Both the position numbers and the translations under genes were made by a program. Source: Candidatus Omnitrophota bacterium (GTDB lineage: Bacteria > Omnitrophota > Gorgyraeia > Gygaellales > Profunditerraquicolaceae). Taken from it: a stretch of DNA of 64,000 nucleotides. The notes beneath the pieces were generated by a model, which worked only from the letters and a program-made list of their open reading frames with translations, was not told where the DNA came from and did no database searches. Below are positions 10,821-20,758 of this stretch, piece by piece (the first letter of the stretch is position 1; every line of letters begins with the position of its first letter). The stretch lies in assembly GCA_028712255.1 (NCBI GenBank), contig JAQTQJ010000001.1, positions 76,366 to 140,365 on the forward strand. Reading direction: 5' to 3'.

Positions 10821-11903
10821 ATGATTGCTACAATTATTTTTATATTAATCTTGAGTTTACTTATTACCGTGCACGAATTTGGGCATTTTATTGCTGCCCG
10901 TAGAAATGGAGTGCGTGTTGAGCAATTTTCTTTGGGTTTTGGGCGCCAGATACTTAAAAAGAAAAAAGGGGATACTGAATACAGCCTAAGCCTTATTCCT
11001 TTGGGCGGTTATGTGAAGATGGCAGGAGACAACCAGGCAGAATATAAAGGCAAACCCGATGAGTATCTTTCTAAGCCATGCGGGAAAAGGTTCCAGATTA
11101 TTTTTTTCGGGCCGTTTTTGAATTATCTGCTTGGGTTTTTATTCTTTTGGATGATTCTTTTTATTGGATACCCTAGTTTGACTTCTAAAGTAGGCGCATT
11201 GATGGATGGATACGGGGCAAAAGATGCAGGTTTAGAGGTGGGCGACTATATTAAAGCTGTAGACGGCAAGAAAGTCCAGCTCTGGGAAGATTTACAATAT
11301 CAAATTCAGGAGAGAAAAATAAAATCAAGCGTAGTGCTTGATGTTTTACGCGGCAGTAAAGAATTAAAATTTAACGTTTTGATTAAGGATAAGGTTATAG
11401 ATGATCAGAGAGGCGAGAAACGCGCTTTGGGGATTATTGGTATTTCTCCTTTTGATGAAACAATCGAAGTCAAACATGGTTTTTTTGAGTCGGCGTTCCT
11501 GGGTTTTAAAAAAACCATTAATTTGACTGTTCTGACTTATAAGGGTTTATGGATGTTAGTCAGCGGGAAGATGTCGATGCGCGATTCTATGACCGGCCCA
11601 CTGGGGATATTTTTCATAACTGCTAACGCGGCAAAAATGGGTTTAATCGCAGTTATGCATTTGATTGCGGTATTAAGTGTAAGCCTGGCAATATTTAATC
11701 TCTTGCCATTACCTATCCTGGACGGTGGGCATCTATTTTTATTAGGATTAGAAAAATTAAGAAAAAAAGCGTTGGGGATTAAAGCCGAAGAAGTAATCAA
11801 TAATATTGGTTTTACTCTCATAATTAGTTTGGCATTATTTGTTACTTACAATGACATATTGAGGCTTTATGGGGATAAGATCGGTAAATTAATATCTAAG
11901 TGA
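10821..11903 (+). CDS. rseP: RseP-type site-2 zinc metalloprotease
   Basis: HEFGHFIAAR HExxH motif within a TM helix, an internal PDZ domain and an LDGG motif. Confidence 0.9.
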   Translation: MIATIIFILILSLLITVHEFGHFIAARRNGVRVEQFSLGFGRQILKKKKGDTEYSLSLIPLGGYVKMAGDNQAEYKGKPDEYLSKPCGKRFQIIFFGPFLNYLLGFLFFWMILFIGYPSLTSKVGALMDGYGAKDAGLEVGDYIKAVDGKKVQLWEDLQYQIQERKIKSSVVLDVLRGSKELKFNVLIKDKVIDDQRGEKRALGIIGISPFDETIEVKHGFFESAFLGFKKTINLTVLTYKGLWMLVSGKMSMRDSMTGPLGIFFITANAAKMGLIAVMHLIAVLSVSLAIFNLLPLPILDGGHLFLLGLEKLRKKALGIKAEEVINNIGFTLIISLALFVTYNDILRLYGDKIGKLISK

Positions 11904-11904
11904 T

Positions 11905-12969
11905 ATGGAAATTAAAAGGCGTAAATCTAATGTTGTAAAGATTGGTAATGTTCTGATTGGAGGAAAAAATCCTGTAGCCATTCAATCGATGACTAAGGTA
12001 AAGACCTCTGATGTGGATAATACTGTGCGCCAGATTAAGCAGTTAGAGCTAGGGGGTTGTCAGATTGTGCGTTTGGCGATTAAAGATATGCTTGATGCAG
12101 CGGCCTTAAAGAAGATTAAAGCCCAAACCAAACTTCCTTTAGTTGCCGATATTCATTTTTCCTATCGGTTAGCAGTTGCTGCTATTGAGAATGGAGCTGA
12201 TAAGATTAGGTTAAACCCAGGAAATATTGATAAACCTAAGGAAATAGAAATGGTTATTGGCGCCTTAAGGTTAGCAGGTGTTCCTTTGCGTATTGGTTTA
12301 AATAGCGGTTCGGTTAAAGATACGGCCCCGAGAAAATCCTCAATGACTGATAAATTAGTGGCTTCATGTATGAGTTATGTAAAGAGGGTGGAGAAGCTCA
12401 AATTTGATAAAATAGTGGTTTCACTTAAGGCTAATAACGTTTTGGATACTGTTGAAGCGTATCAAAAGGTAGCTAATCTCTGTAGCTATCCTTTACATTT
12501 AGGAGTAACTGCAACAGGCTCTCCTTATAATGGTATTGTTAAATCAAGTGTTGCAATAGGCGCTTTGCTATTAGACGGTATTGGTGATACAATAAGGGTG
12601 TCTCTTACGGATGAGCCGATTGAAGAGGTAAGGGCAGCCAAATGTATCTTAGAATCTCTAGGTTTATATCAGCCTGCTGTTGGAGTGATTAGTTGTCCAA
12701 CTTGTGGCCGTTGTGAAGTAGACTTGATAAATATTGTTAAAGATTTAGAAGCTAAATTAACAATCGAAGATAAAAAATCTAAACCTCTAAAGGTGGCTGT
12801 AATGGGTTGTATTGTTAATGGCCCAGGAGAGGCTAAAGAGGCAGATTTAGGAGTTGCTTTTGGGAAAAACCAGGGAATTTTATTTTCACATGGGAGAATA
12901 GTTAAAAAAATATCTGCAAAAGATTGCGTGAAGGTTTTATTAGAGGAAATTCATAACATTCGGCGCTAA
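11905..12969 (+). CDS. ispG: 4-hydroxy-3-methylbut-2-enyl diphosphate synthase
   Basis: GcpE family; ISCPTCGRC Fe-S motif. Confidence 0.95.
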   Translation: MEIKRRKSNVVKIGNVLIGGKNPVAIQSMTKVKTSDVDNTVRQIKQLELGGCQIVRLAIKDMLDAAALKKIKAQTKLPLVADIHFSYRLAVAAIENGADKIRLNPGNIDKPKEIEMVIGALRLAGVPLRIGLNSGSVKDTAPRKSSMTDKLVASCMSYVKRVEKLKFDKIVVSLKANNVLDTVEAYQKVANLCSYPLHLGVTATGSPYNGIVKSSVAIGALLLDGIGDTIRVSLTDEPIEEVRAAKCILESLGLYQPAVGVISCPTCGRCEVDLINIVKDLEAKLTIEDKKSKPLKVAVMGCIVNGPGEAKEADLGVAFGKNQGILFSHGRIVKKISAKDCVKVLLEEIHNIRR

Positions 12970-13040
12970 TTGGTATTGCGCCGGTGTTCTCTTTAATAAA
13001 AATTACACCCAGCGTTAATTGGAATTACGCTGGTGTTGTC
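12967..13040 (+). promoter_or_regulatory. Two 25-nt direct repeats (TAATTGGtATTgCGCcGGTGTTcTC and TAATTGGaATTaCGCtGGTGTTgTC) start-to-start 49 nt apart, between ispG and the CpaF-like gene; a candidate regulator-binding pair
   Basis: 21 of 25 positions match between the two copies. The first copy overlaps the ispG stop codon. Confidence 0.4.
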
Positions 13041-13060
13041 TAGGTAGACAAGGAGAAGAT

Positions 13061-14323
13061 ATGGCTCAACAGTCGCTAAAGAGTAGGGTACGCGAAGATT
13101 TTATCGCCAAATATACTAGTATCTTATTTAAAGGTACCGATAATAAGACCGAAGTTGCCGCTGTAGTCAGAGGTATTCTTGAAGGAATTTTGACTCAGCC
13201 CCGCAGTCCTCTTAAGGAGCAAGAAAGGGAGAAGATTATTAATGAATTAGTGGATGAATTTTCTGGTTTTGGCCCGATTGAGAAATTAATGATAGATCCT
13301 GAGGTTACGGAAATTATGATTAACGGGACGCAAAATGTATATGTTGAAAAACACGGGAAAAAACAGCGTACTGATATGAAGTTTGATAGTGATCAACAAC
13401 TTATGTATGTAATCCAAAAAATATTATCACCTACCAGAAGAAGAGTGGATGAGACGGTTCCTTATACGGATGTTTGTTTACCCGATGGTTCACGGGTTAA
13501 TATTATTATTCCGCCTTTGGCTTTAGATGGCCCGACTATAACTATCCGTAAATTCCTTAAACAGATTGTAAAAGCCGAGGATTTAATTGAATTGGGAACT
13601 ATGGACAGGAAAATGGCAGATTTTCTGATTGCTTGTATTAAGGCTAAGATCAATATGATATTTGCCGGAGCTACTGGCTCCGGAAAAACCACGACTGTAG
13701 AAGTACTCTCTAGTTATATTCCTAATGATGAGCGTACCATTACCATTGAAGATACGGCTGAATTACATTTAGTGCAGGATCATGTAGTTAGGCTTGAGAC
13801 AAAGCCAGCAACTATTGAAGGCAAGGGAGAAATCTCTATCAGGGATCTTTTCCGTAATACTCTGCGTATGCGGCCTCAGAGGATTATCTTGGGTGAAATT
13901 AGAAGCGCTGAGGCTTTGGATATGCTTCAGGCAATGTGTTCAGGCCATAATGGAGCGCTTTCAGTTATTCATGCCAATACTCCTTCGGAGGTTATGCATC
14001 GATTAGAGACGATGATTTTAATGTCCGGTATTCCAATAACTTTAGAGGCTATACATCGGCAGATTGCCTCAAGCCTGCATTTAGTTATTCAACAGGATCA
14101 GCTTTCCGATGGAACACGTAAAATTACCCGTATTACGCAAGTAAATGGACTAAAAGATGGTTGGGTGAATTTGGAGGATCTTTTTGTCTATGAGATTACC
14201 AATGTTGTTGAAGGAGAGAGTGTCCAGGGTCGTTTTAAGGCTACGGGGATTCAGCCTGTATTTTATCCGCTTTTTGCCAAAAGGGGGGTAGCTTTACCTA
14301 AAGAAATTTTTAATAAGGATTGA
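13061..14323 (+). CDS. cpaF: CpaF/TadA-family type II/IV secretion ATPase
   Basis: Walker A GATGSGKTT, the TIEDTAELHL aspartate box, and histidine box. ATG at 13061 follows an AGGAGA RBS. No other tad/pilus genes are nearby. Confidence 0.85.
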   Translation: MAQQSLKSRVREDFIAKYTSILFKGTDNKTEVAAVVRGILEGILTQPRSPLKEQEREKIINELVDEFSGFGPIEKLMIDPEVTEIMINGTQNVYVEKHGKKQRTDMKFDSDQQLMYVIQKILSPTRRRVDETVPYTDVCLPDGSRVNIIIPPLALDGPTITIRKFLKQIVKAEDLIELGTMDRKMADFLIACIKAKINMIFAGATGSGKTTTVEVLSSYIPNDERTITIEDTAELHLVQDHVVRLETKPATIEGKGEISIRDLFRNTLRMRPQRIILGEIRSAEALDMLQAMCSGHNGALSVIHANTPSEVMHRLETMILMSGIPITLEAIHRQIASSLHLVIQQDQLSDGTRKITRITQVNGLKDGWVNLEDLFVYEITNVVEGESVQGRFKATGIQPVFYPLFAKRGVALPKEIFNKD

Positions 14324-14325
14324 AA

Positions 14326-14354
14326 GTGACTGTCACGTCTTTTGTGACTGTCAC
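14326..14354. terminator. Two copies of the palindrome GTGACTGTCAC separated by GTCTTTT. Together they can form an 11-bp hairpin, or act as tandem operator sites between cpaF and proS.
   Basis: Direct sequence inspection: 14326-14336 and 14344-14354. Confidence 0.45.
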
Positions 14355-14374
14355 CTTTAGTTTGAGGAATTAAT

Positions 14375-15619
14375 ATGTTTTGGACCAAAGCTTTTATACC
14401 GACGTTAAAGGAAACACCAAAAGAGGCAGAATCATTAAGCCATCAGTTGTTGCTGCGCGCAGGATTTGTGCGGATGCTTATGGCAGGAGCCTATACTTAT
14501 CTTCCTCTGGGGTTACGGGTTTTAGAGAAAATTCAGGGAATAATTCGGCAGGAAATGAATGCTTGCGGTGCCAGTGAATTGCTCTTGCCGGCTTTGCATC
14601 CTTTAGAGCTTTGGCAGAAAACCGGCCGCGATAAGGATTTGGGTGAGGTGATGTTTAAATTCAAGGATCGCCGCGGTAGGAATGTGGCTTTAGGCCCAAC
14701 GCATGAGGAAATAATTACGGACTTAGTTAAGAATAATTGTTCAAGTTATAGGCAGTTACCGCTGCTCTTATATCAGATTCAGGCAAAATTCCGCGATGAA
14801 ATACGCCCGCGTTTTGGTTTGATCCGTGCTTGCGAATTTATTATGAAAGATGCATATAGCTTTGATCAGGATGAAGAGGGGTTGGATAAAAATTATCAGT
14901 TGATGTATGAAGCTTATAAGCGGATATTTTCCAGGTGCGGTTTAAAAACTTTAATTACTGAGGCTGATTCCGGTGTTATGGGAGGAAAGGTTTCACATGA
15001 GTTTATGGCGCAAGCCCCGTTGGGAGAGGATGTAGTATTGCTTTGCCCAAAATGTAAAATTGCCAAGGCTCTCAAGGAGGAAAGCGGTTCTTGTCCTAAA
15101 TGCCATGTAAATATGGATAAGGTTAATACCATCGAAGTCGGCCATATTTTTAAGCTGGGTATAAAATACAGTCAGGCGTTAGAAGCAAATTTCTCTGATG
15201 CAAAAGGAGAACTTAAACCGATAATTATGGGTTGTTATGGTATCGGCGTATCGCGCCTGGTTTCTGCGATTATCGAGCAGAATAATGATTCTGATGGGAT
15301 TATCTGGCCTGTAGAGGTTGCTCCTTTTCAGGTTATAATTTTGCCTCTTGATGTAACTAATCAAGCGATTATGCAGGAGGCGAGAAACCTTTATAAACAA
15401 ATAGAGGCAGCCGGATTCTCTGTGCTTTTGGATGACCGTGATGAACGCGCTGGTGTAAAATTTAAAGATGCGGATTTGATAGGGTTGCCTTTGAGTATTA
15501 TAGTAGGTAAAAAAAATATGGAAGAAAAAAATATAGAGATAAGGATACGTAAAAATAAAACAACCGCGCTTATGCCAAAGGAAGGTTTATTAAGCTCTAT
15601 CTCTAAAAATTTATCTTAA
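14375..15619 (+). CDS. proS: Prolyl-tRNA synthetase, a short bacterial-type form lacking the INS editing domain, with a C4 zinc ribbon at the INS position
   Basis: Class II motifs (FRDEIRPRFGLIRACEF, GCYGIGVSRL) and 414 aa. CPKC...CPKC lies between SHEF and EVGHIF, where E. coli ProRS carries its ~180-aa INS domain. Confidence 0.9.
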   Translation: MFWTKAFIPTLKETPKEAESLSHQLLLRAGFVRMLMAGAYTYLPLGLRVLEKIQGIIRQEMNACGASELLLPALHPLELWQKTGRDKDLGEVMFKFKDRRGRNVALGPTHEEIITDLVKNNCSSYRQLPLLLYQIQAKFRDEIRPRFGLIRACEFIMKDAYSFDQDEEGLDKNYQLMYEAYKRIFSRCGLKTLITEADSGVMGGKVSHEFMAQAPLGEDVVLLCPKCKIAKALKEESGSCPKCHVNMDKVNTIEVGHIFKLGIKYSQALEANFSDAKGELKPIIMGCYGIGVSRLVSAIIEQNNDSDGIIWPVEVAPFQVIILPLDVTNQAIMQEARNLYKQIEAAGFSVLLDDRDERAGVKFKDADLIGLPLSIIVGKKNMEEKNIEIRIRKNKTTALMPKEGLLSSISKNLS

Positions 15620-15633
15620 ATGTAGGTGAGATT

Positions 15634-16092
15634 TTGATCGAAGATACTTTAGTCAAAGAATTACATGAATTGATTTCTCAATGTTCTGCCAGAGAAAATA
15701 TTGAACTGGTGGATTTAATCTGTAGATATGAGGGTAATAATTTAATTTTAAGGATTTTAGTGGATAGGCCCACAGGCGGCATAACTTTAGAAGATTGTGC
15801 TTTAGTTAATCGGCAACTTAGTTTATTACTGGAAGAAAAAAATATCATTGACTCTAATTATATTTTAGAGGTTTCTTCTCCCGGGCTTGACCGTTGCCTT
15901 AAGACAGAAAAAGATTTTTTACGTTGTCTAAATAAAGAAGTTGTGTTTTTCCTTAATGATCTAGTAAAGGGTAAATGCCAATGGCAGGGATTAATCAGTA
16001 AAGTTGGGCAGGATAGCGTAATTATTGCTCAGGACACAGGAGAGATAGAGATTCCATTTAAAAAAATAAACAAAGCATGGTTAGTAATCTAA
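15634..16092 (+). CDS. rimP: Ribosome maturation factor RimP
   Basis: TTG start; EVSSPGLDR motif; lies upstream of nusA. Confidence 0.85.
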   Translation: MIEDTLVKELHELISQCSARENIELVDLICRYEGNNLILRILVDRPTGGITLEDCALVNRQLSLLLEEKNIIDSNYILEVSSPGLDRCLKTEKDFLRCLNKEVVFFLNDLVKGKCQWQGLISKVGQDSVIIAQDTGEIEIPFKKINKAWLVI

Positions 16093-16105
16093 GGAAGGAT
16101 TAAAA

Positions 16106-17365
16106 ATGAGTCAGGAACTACTTGCAATTATCGAACAAATTGAACGTGAAAAAGGAATTAAAAAAGAGATCATGCTTGAGGCTGTCGAAAGCGCCATGCT
16201 GAGCGCAGCCAAAAGAGTAATTGATTTAAAACCGGATGAAGAATTTAAGGTTCAGATTGATCGTGCCACAGGAGAGATTCATGCTTTTCGTAATAATACA
16301 CCTGTGACTAATATTGATTTCGGGCGTATTGCTGCATCCACTGCCCGTCAGGTAATTATTCAGAAGATGCGTGAAGCAGAAAAGGATGTAGTTTTCTCCG
16401 AATTTCAAAGCCGCGTCGGAGAGATAGTTAGCGGAACAGTTTACCGTTTTGAAAAAGGCAATGTTATTATTGATCTCTTGGGTAAGGCCGAAGGTATTCT
16501 GCTTAAGCGCGAACAATCCCCTAAAGAGGAATTCAAGCAGGGACAGCGGATCCGCGCATATGTTGTTGAAGTAAAGAAGGATACTAAAGGCCCGCAGATT
16601 ATTTTGTCGCGTGCTCATCCTAATTTGGTTAAAGAATTATTTGAACTGGAGGTTCCTGAGATATATGAAGGCATTGTAGAGATTAGAGGTATATCGCGCC
16701 AGGCAGGAGAACGCACAAAAATATCAGTTTATTCCAAGAATGAAAAAGTGGATGCGGTGGGAGCCTGTGTTGGCATGCGTGGAAACCGGGTGAGGAATAT
16801 TGTTAATGAACTGCAGGGTGAAAAAATTGATATCGTGCGTTTTAACGATGATGTGCGTGAATATATCAAAGCCGCACTTTCCCCGGCTAAAGTTTCTGAG
16901 ATTAAATTAGATAGAGAAAAAATGAAAGCCGAGGTTATTGTAGATGATGACCAGCTTTCTTTATCTATTGGTAAACATGGCCAGAATGTACGTTTGGCTT
17001 CTCGGCTTCTTGGCTGGGAGTTGGATATCCGTACTAAGAGCATGATTGCTGCTGAGGCCCTTGGAGGAGGAAAAGCGCAAGAGAAAGCCGCTATTGAGGC
17101 TAAGGTAGATGAAGGCAAAGAGGAAGAATCTAAGGTAAAAAAAGTTAAGAAGGCAGTTAAGAAAAAAAAAGAGGTTAAAAAAGAAGAAGTTTCTTTAGAG
17201 GATATCCCAAGCCTAGGGGCTAAGGTTATAGAGAGCTTAAAAGAAGCCGGAATTAAAAATATAGCTGATATAATAGAAGCAAAAACAGAAGGGCTGATGA
17301 AGATTAAGGGTATTGGGGAGAAGAAAGCCCAAAAGATTATCGCAGAGGCTAAAAAACTATCATAA
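16106..17365 (+). CDS. nusA: Transcription termination/antitermination factor NusA
   Basis: N-terminal domain, S1 and KH domains, and a lysine-rich C-terminal tail; rimP-nusA-infB gene order. Confidence 0.95.
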   Translation: MSQELLAIIEQIEREKGIKKEIMLEAVESAMLSAAKRVIDLKPDEEFKVQIDRATGEIHAFRNNTPVTNIDFGRIAASTARQVIIQKMREAEKDVVFSEFQSRVGEIVSGTVYRFEKGNVIIDLLGKAEGILLKREQSPKEEFKQGQRIRAYVVEVKKDTKGPQIILSRAHPNLVKELFELEVPEIYEGIVEIRGISRQAGERTKISVYSKNEKVDAVGACVGMRGNRVRNIVNELQGEKIDIVRFNDDVREYIKAALSPAKVSEIKLDREKMKAEVIVDDDQLSLSIGKHGQNVRLASRLLGWELDIRTKSMIAAEALGGGKAQEKAAIEAKVDEGKEEESKVKKVKKAVKKKKEVKKEEVSLEDIPSLGAKVIESLKEAGIKNIADIIEAKTEGLMKIKGIGEKKAQKIIAEAKKLS

Positions 17366-17390
17366 GTTTTTAATATGAGACGGAGAGATT

Positions 17391-19640
17391 ATGCCCAAAG
17401 TAAAGAAAGAAAAAACAATAATAAAGAAAACAGCTAAGCCTAAAGTTAAAGTAGAAGCAAAAACTAAAAAGTTTCCTGTTAAGGCCCGTATCTTGAAATC
17501 TAAGGCTCCGGTCAAGGCAGCTAAGCCTAAGCCACAAGCTCATGGTTTGGTTTCTACTAGTATAGGCCATAAGGTAACAGTAAAAAAAGCAAAGGAAGAA
17601 GCTAAGCAGATATTAAAACCTGTAAAGCCCGTAGTAAAGCATAAGCCACAAGGCGATGGTTTGGCCTCCTTTGGCCAAAGCCATGCACCAAAGATTGAAG
17701 CTAGAGTAGAACAAATCAAACCTGAAATTAAAATAGAACCCAAACAGGAAACTAAACCCATAACTAAGCCTCAAGATCATGGTTTGGCTTCTGTTGGTCA
17801 AAGCCATAAACCTGAGGAAAAAGTGCAGGTTACATTTTCTGTTGAACCAACGCCTATTCCTGAAGAAAAAGCAGAAATTGTCGCCAGTAAAGAAATTGAA
17901 TTGGAACTTCCGATTACGGTTAAAGATTTAGCGATAAAATTACAAGAAAAATCCTCTGTTCTTATTAAACATCTTATGGGTATGGGGGTGATGATTGGTA
18001 TTAATCAGAGTTTGGATGAAGCTACCCTGGATAAATTATGTTTAAAATATGATTTCAAAATTAAGAAAGCGCTAACTGCGGAAGAACTGATTTTACAGGA
18101 ACATAAAAGGCAAGATTTACCGCAGGAGCTTAAAAGCCGCAGCCCGATAGTTACTTTTATGGGGCATGTTGATCATGGTAAAACTTCTCTTCTTGATGCG
18201 ATACGTAAAACCCGCGTTACAGAGGCTGAACACGGAGGAATTACTCAGCATATCGGTGCTTATCGTGTTAGTCTTCCTCAGGGAGATATTACTTTTCTGG
18301 ATACTCCCGGCCATGAGGCATTTACCGCTATGCGCGCACGCGGCGCAGCTATTACGGATATCGTGGTGTTAGTGGTGGCTGCCGATGACGGAATTATGCC
18401 GCAAACTCAGGAAGCAATTGACCATGCGCGTGCGGCCGGTGTTACTATTATTGTTGCGATTAATAAAATAGATAAAGCGCAGGCAAATGTCGATACGGTT
18501 AAGAAACAATTGTCTGAAGTCGGCTTGATGGCTGAGGATTGGGGTGGCAAAACTATTACCGTACCGGTATCTGCAAAAACCGGCCAGGGTATAGATAATT
18601 TGCTGGAGATGATTTTGTTACAGGCAGAAGTCATGGAATTAAAGGCAAATCCGAATCGGTTAGCGTACGGAGTAGTTGTAGAAGCAAGGATGGCTAAGGG
18701 CAGAGGGCCGGTAGCAACCCTGCTTATGCAAAATGGTACCTTGAGCTTGAATCAAAATATTATTGTTGGTAATTTGTACGGGAAGATTCGGGCGATGCTT
18801 GATGACCGAGGACATGGAGTGACTGCTGTTGGCCCAGCTTCTCCGGTTGAGGTCTTGGGTATAAGCGGGATTCCACAGGTAGGGGAACAATTTTTTGCGA
18901 TTGAAGATGAAAAACAGGCAAAGAGTTTAATTGAAGCGCGTACGGAAAAAGATAGGCAGCAACAAGTAAAAGAAGTTAAGCGGATAAGCCTAGAAGATTT
19001 GCATGCTCAGATTGCCGGAGGCAAAATCAAAGAATTAAAATTGATTATCAAGGCAGATGTTCAGGGATCGCTTGAGGCAATCAAGGATATCCTGGAGAAG
19101 TTGAATGTTTCTGAAATAAAAATAAATATAATCCATATGGGAGCAGGCAATATTAATACCTCGGATGTAGTTTTAGCAATGGCCTCAGATGCGTTAATTC
19201 TGGGATTTAATGTCACTGCTGATGAGCCAGCTAAAGAGTTGATTTCTAAAGAAGGCGTTGATTTAAAAACTTATAGTATTATTTATGAGTTAGGCAATGA
19301 CATAAAAGCTGCAGTAGAAGGGATGTTAGCTCCTAAGTTAAAGAGGGTATTTTTAGGCAGAGCCGAAGTAAGAAAAATGTTTAAGCTTTCTCGTTCCGGA
19401 CTGATTGCCGGATGTTTCGTAACCAAGGGTAAAATTAACCGTAATTGTATGGTGACAGTTTTGCGTAACGGCGCGGTTGCTTTTGAAGGAAAGCTAGCAA
19501 GTTTGAAACGTTTTAAAGATGATGTGCGTGAGGTTGGCGAAGGTTTTGAATGCGGTATTGCTATAGGTGGGTTTGATCAGTTAATGGAAGCCGACATAAT
19601 TGAGGCTTATGATATAGAGAAGATTGCCAGAAAGCTATAA
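17391..19640 (+). CDS. infB: Translation initiation factor IF-2
   Basis: G-domain [12 protein letters not shown]; the N-terminal region contains three KPQxxGLxSxGQSH repeats. Confidence 0.95.
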   Translation: MPKVKKEKTIIKKTAKPKVKVEAKTKKFPVKARILKSKAPVKAAKPKPQAHGLVSTSIGHKVTVKKAKEEAKQILKPVKPVVKHKPQGDGLASFGQSHAPKIEARVEQIKPEIKIEPKQETKPITKPQDHGLASVGQSHKPEEKVQVTFSVEPTPIPEEKAEIVASKEIELELPITVKDLAIKLQEKSSVLIKHLMGMGVMIGINQSLDEATLDKLCLKYDFKIKKALTAEELILQEHKRQDLPQELKSRSPIVTFMGHVDHGKTSLLDAIRKTRVTEAEHGGITQHIGAYRVSLPQGDITFLDTPGHEAFTAMRARGAAITDIVVLVVAADDGIMPQTQEAIDHARAAGVTIIVAINKIDKAQANVDTVKKQLSEVGLMAEDWGGKTITVPVSAKTGQGIDNLLEMILLQAEVMELKANPNRLAYGVVVEARMAKGRGPVATLLMQNGTLSLNQNIIVGNLYGKIRAMLDDRGHGVTAVGPASPVEVLGISGIPQVGEQFFAIEDEKQAKSLIEARTEKDRQQQVKEVKRISLEDLHAQIAGGKIKELKLIIKADVQGSLEAIKDILEKLNVSEIKINIIHMGAGNINTSDVVLAMASDALILGFNVTADEPAKELISKEGVDLKTYSIIYELGNDIKAAVEGMLAPKLKRVFLGRAEVRKMFKLSRSGLIAGCFVTKGKINRNCMVTVLRNGAVAFEGKLASLKRFKDDVREVGEGFECGIAIGGFDQLMEADIIEAYDIEKIARKL

Positions 19641-19690
19641 GCTTTAAGCTTAAGGCTTACAACTTATAGCTTAAAATCTAGGATTAAGAA

Positions 19691-20674
19691 ATGAATAAAA
19701 AACGTATATTAAGCGGCATGCGGCCTACGGGTAAATTGCACTTGGGGCATTTGGTTGGCGCATTGGATAATTGGAAAAAAATGCAAGATGAATATGATTG
19801 TTTATTCATGGTTGCCGATTGGCATGCTTTGATGTCAGAATATGAAAATCCGGCTGAGCTTAAAGCTAACATGCTGGATAATGTTATAGATTGGTTAGCT
19901 TGTGGCATTGACCCTGAAAAATGCAGCATATTTATTCAATCGCATGTCCCTGGGCACCTTGAACTTTATTTTGTCCTTTCTTTAATTACGCAACTAGGTT
20001 TACTTGAGAGGTGTCCTACTTATAAGGAGCAGTTACGCGAAGTAGCCAATCGTGATTTAAAAACTTATGCTTTTTTGGGGTATCCGGTTTTACAGGCTGC
20101 CGATATACTCCTTTATAAGGCTGATAGTGTGCCGGTGGGCGAGGATCAGTTGCCGCATTTGGAATTAACCCGTCAGATCGTGCGTAAGTTTAACCATATA
20201 TATAAAACAGATTTTTTTCCGGAACCCAAAGCCCTGCTTACGCAAAACAAGCGCCTTTTAGGGCTAGATGGACGTAAGATGAGTAAGAGTTATAATAATT
20301 ATATTGGTTTATCCGAGGAGCCACAAGTTATCCGTAAAAAAATACAGAGTATGTTTACGGACCCAGAACGTATCCGGCTGATTGATCCCGGGCATCCGCA
20401 TAAATGCAATGTTTTTTCTTACTTTGGAGTATTTTTTCCGGAAATGAATAAGGAAACGCAGGAGCGTTGCGCAAAATCTAGAATCGGCTGTACTGAATGT
20501 AAAAAAGAACTCTCAGAGCGAATAGTCGGTTTATTGGCTCCGATTCAGGAAAAAAGGAATTCTTTGCAAAAAGATAAAAAATATATTCAGGAGATATTAT
20601 CTGCAGGATGTGCCAGGGCTAAAGGATTAGCTGAGAAAACGGTTGTTGAGGTAAGGGAGCTACTTAAGCTGTAA
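19691..20674 (+). CDS. trpS: Tryptophanyl-tRNA synthetase
   Basis: Class I HIGH-like (GKLHLGH) and KMSKS motifs. Confidence 0.95.
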   Translation: MNKKRILSGMRPTGKLHLGHLVGALDNWKKMQDEYDCLFMVADWHALMSEYENPAELKANMLDNVIDWLACGIDPEKCSIFIQSHVPGHLELYFVLSLITQLGLLERCPTYKEQLREVANRDLKTYAFLGYPVLQAADILLYKADSVPVGEDQLPHLELTRQIVRKFNHIYKTDFFPEPKALLTQNKRLLGLDGRKMSKSYNNYIGLSEEPQVIRKKIQSMFTDPERIRLIDPGHPHKCNVFSYFGVFFPEMNKETQERCAKSRIGCTECKKELSERIVGLLAPIQEKRNSLQKDKKYIQEILSAGCARAKGLAEKTVVEVRELLKL

Positions 20675-20689
20675 GCTATAAGACGTAAG

Positions 20690-20726
20690 CTGTAAGCTTA
20701 TAGCTTAAAACTTACAGTTAAAGCTT
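20690..20726 (+). terminator. trpS terminator: CTGTAAG/CTTACAG hairpin (7-bp stem, 14-nt loop) followed by a T-rich tract
   Basis: Inverted repeat 20690-20696 and 20711-20717, then TTAAAGCTTTTGTTTTG. Confidence 0.5.
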
Positions 20727-20758
20727 TTGTTTTGAATAAATAAGAAAGAAGGTACGAA

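Noticed and set aside
20665-20698. TAAGCTGTAAGCT tandem repeats considered as a CRISPR-like array
   Set aside because: There are only two copies of a 13-mer with a 21-nt interval. They partly lie inside the trpS coding end, and no cas genes are present.
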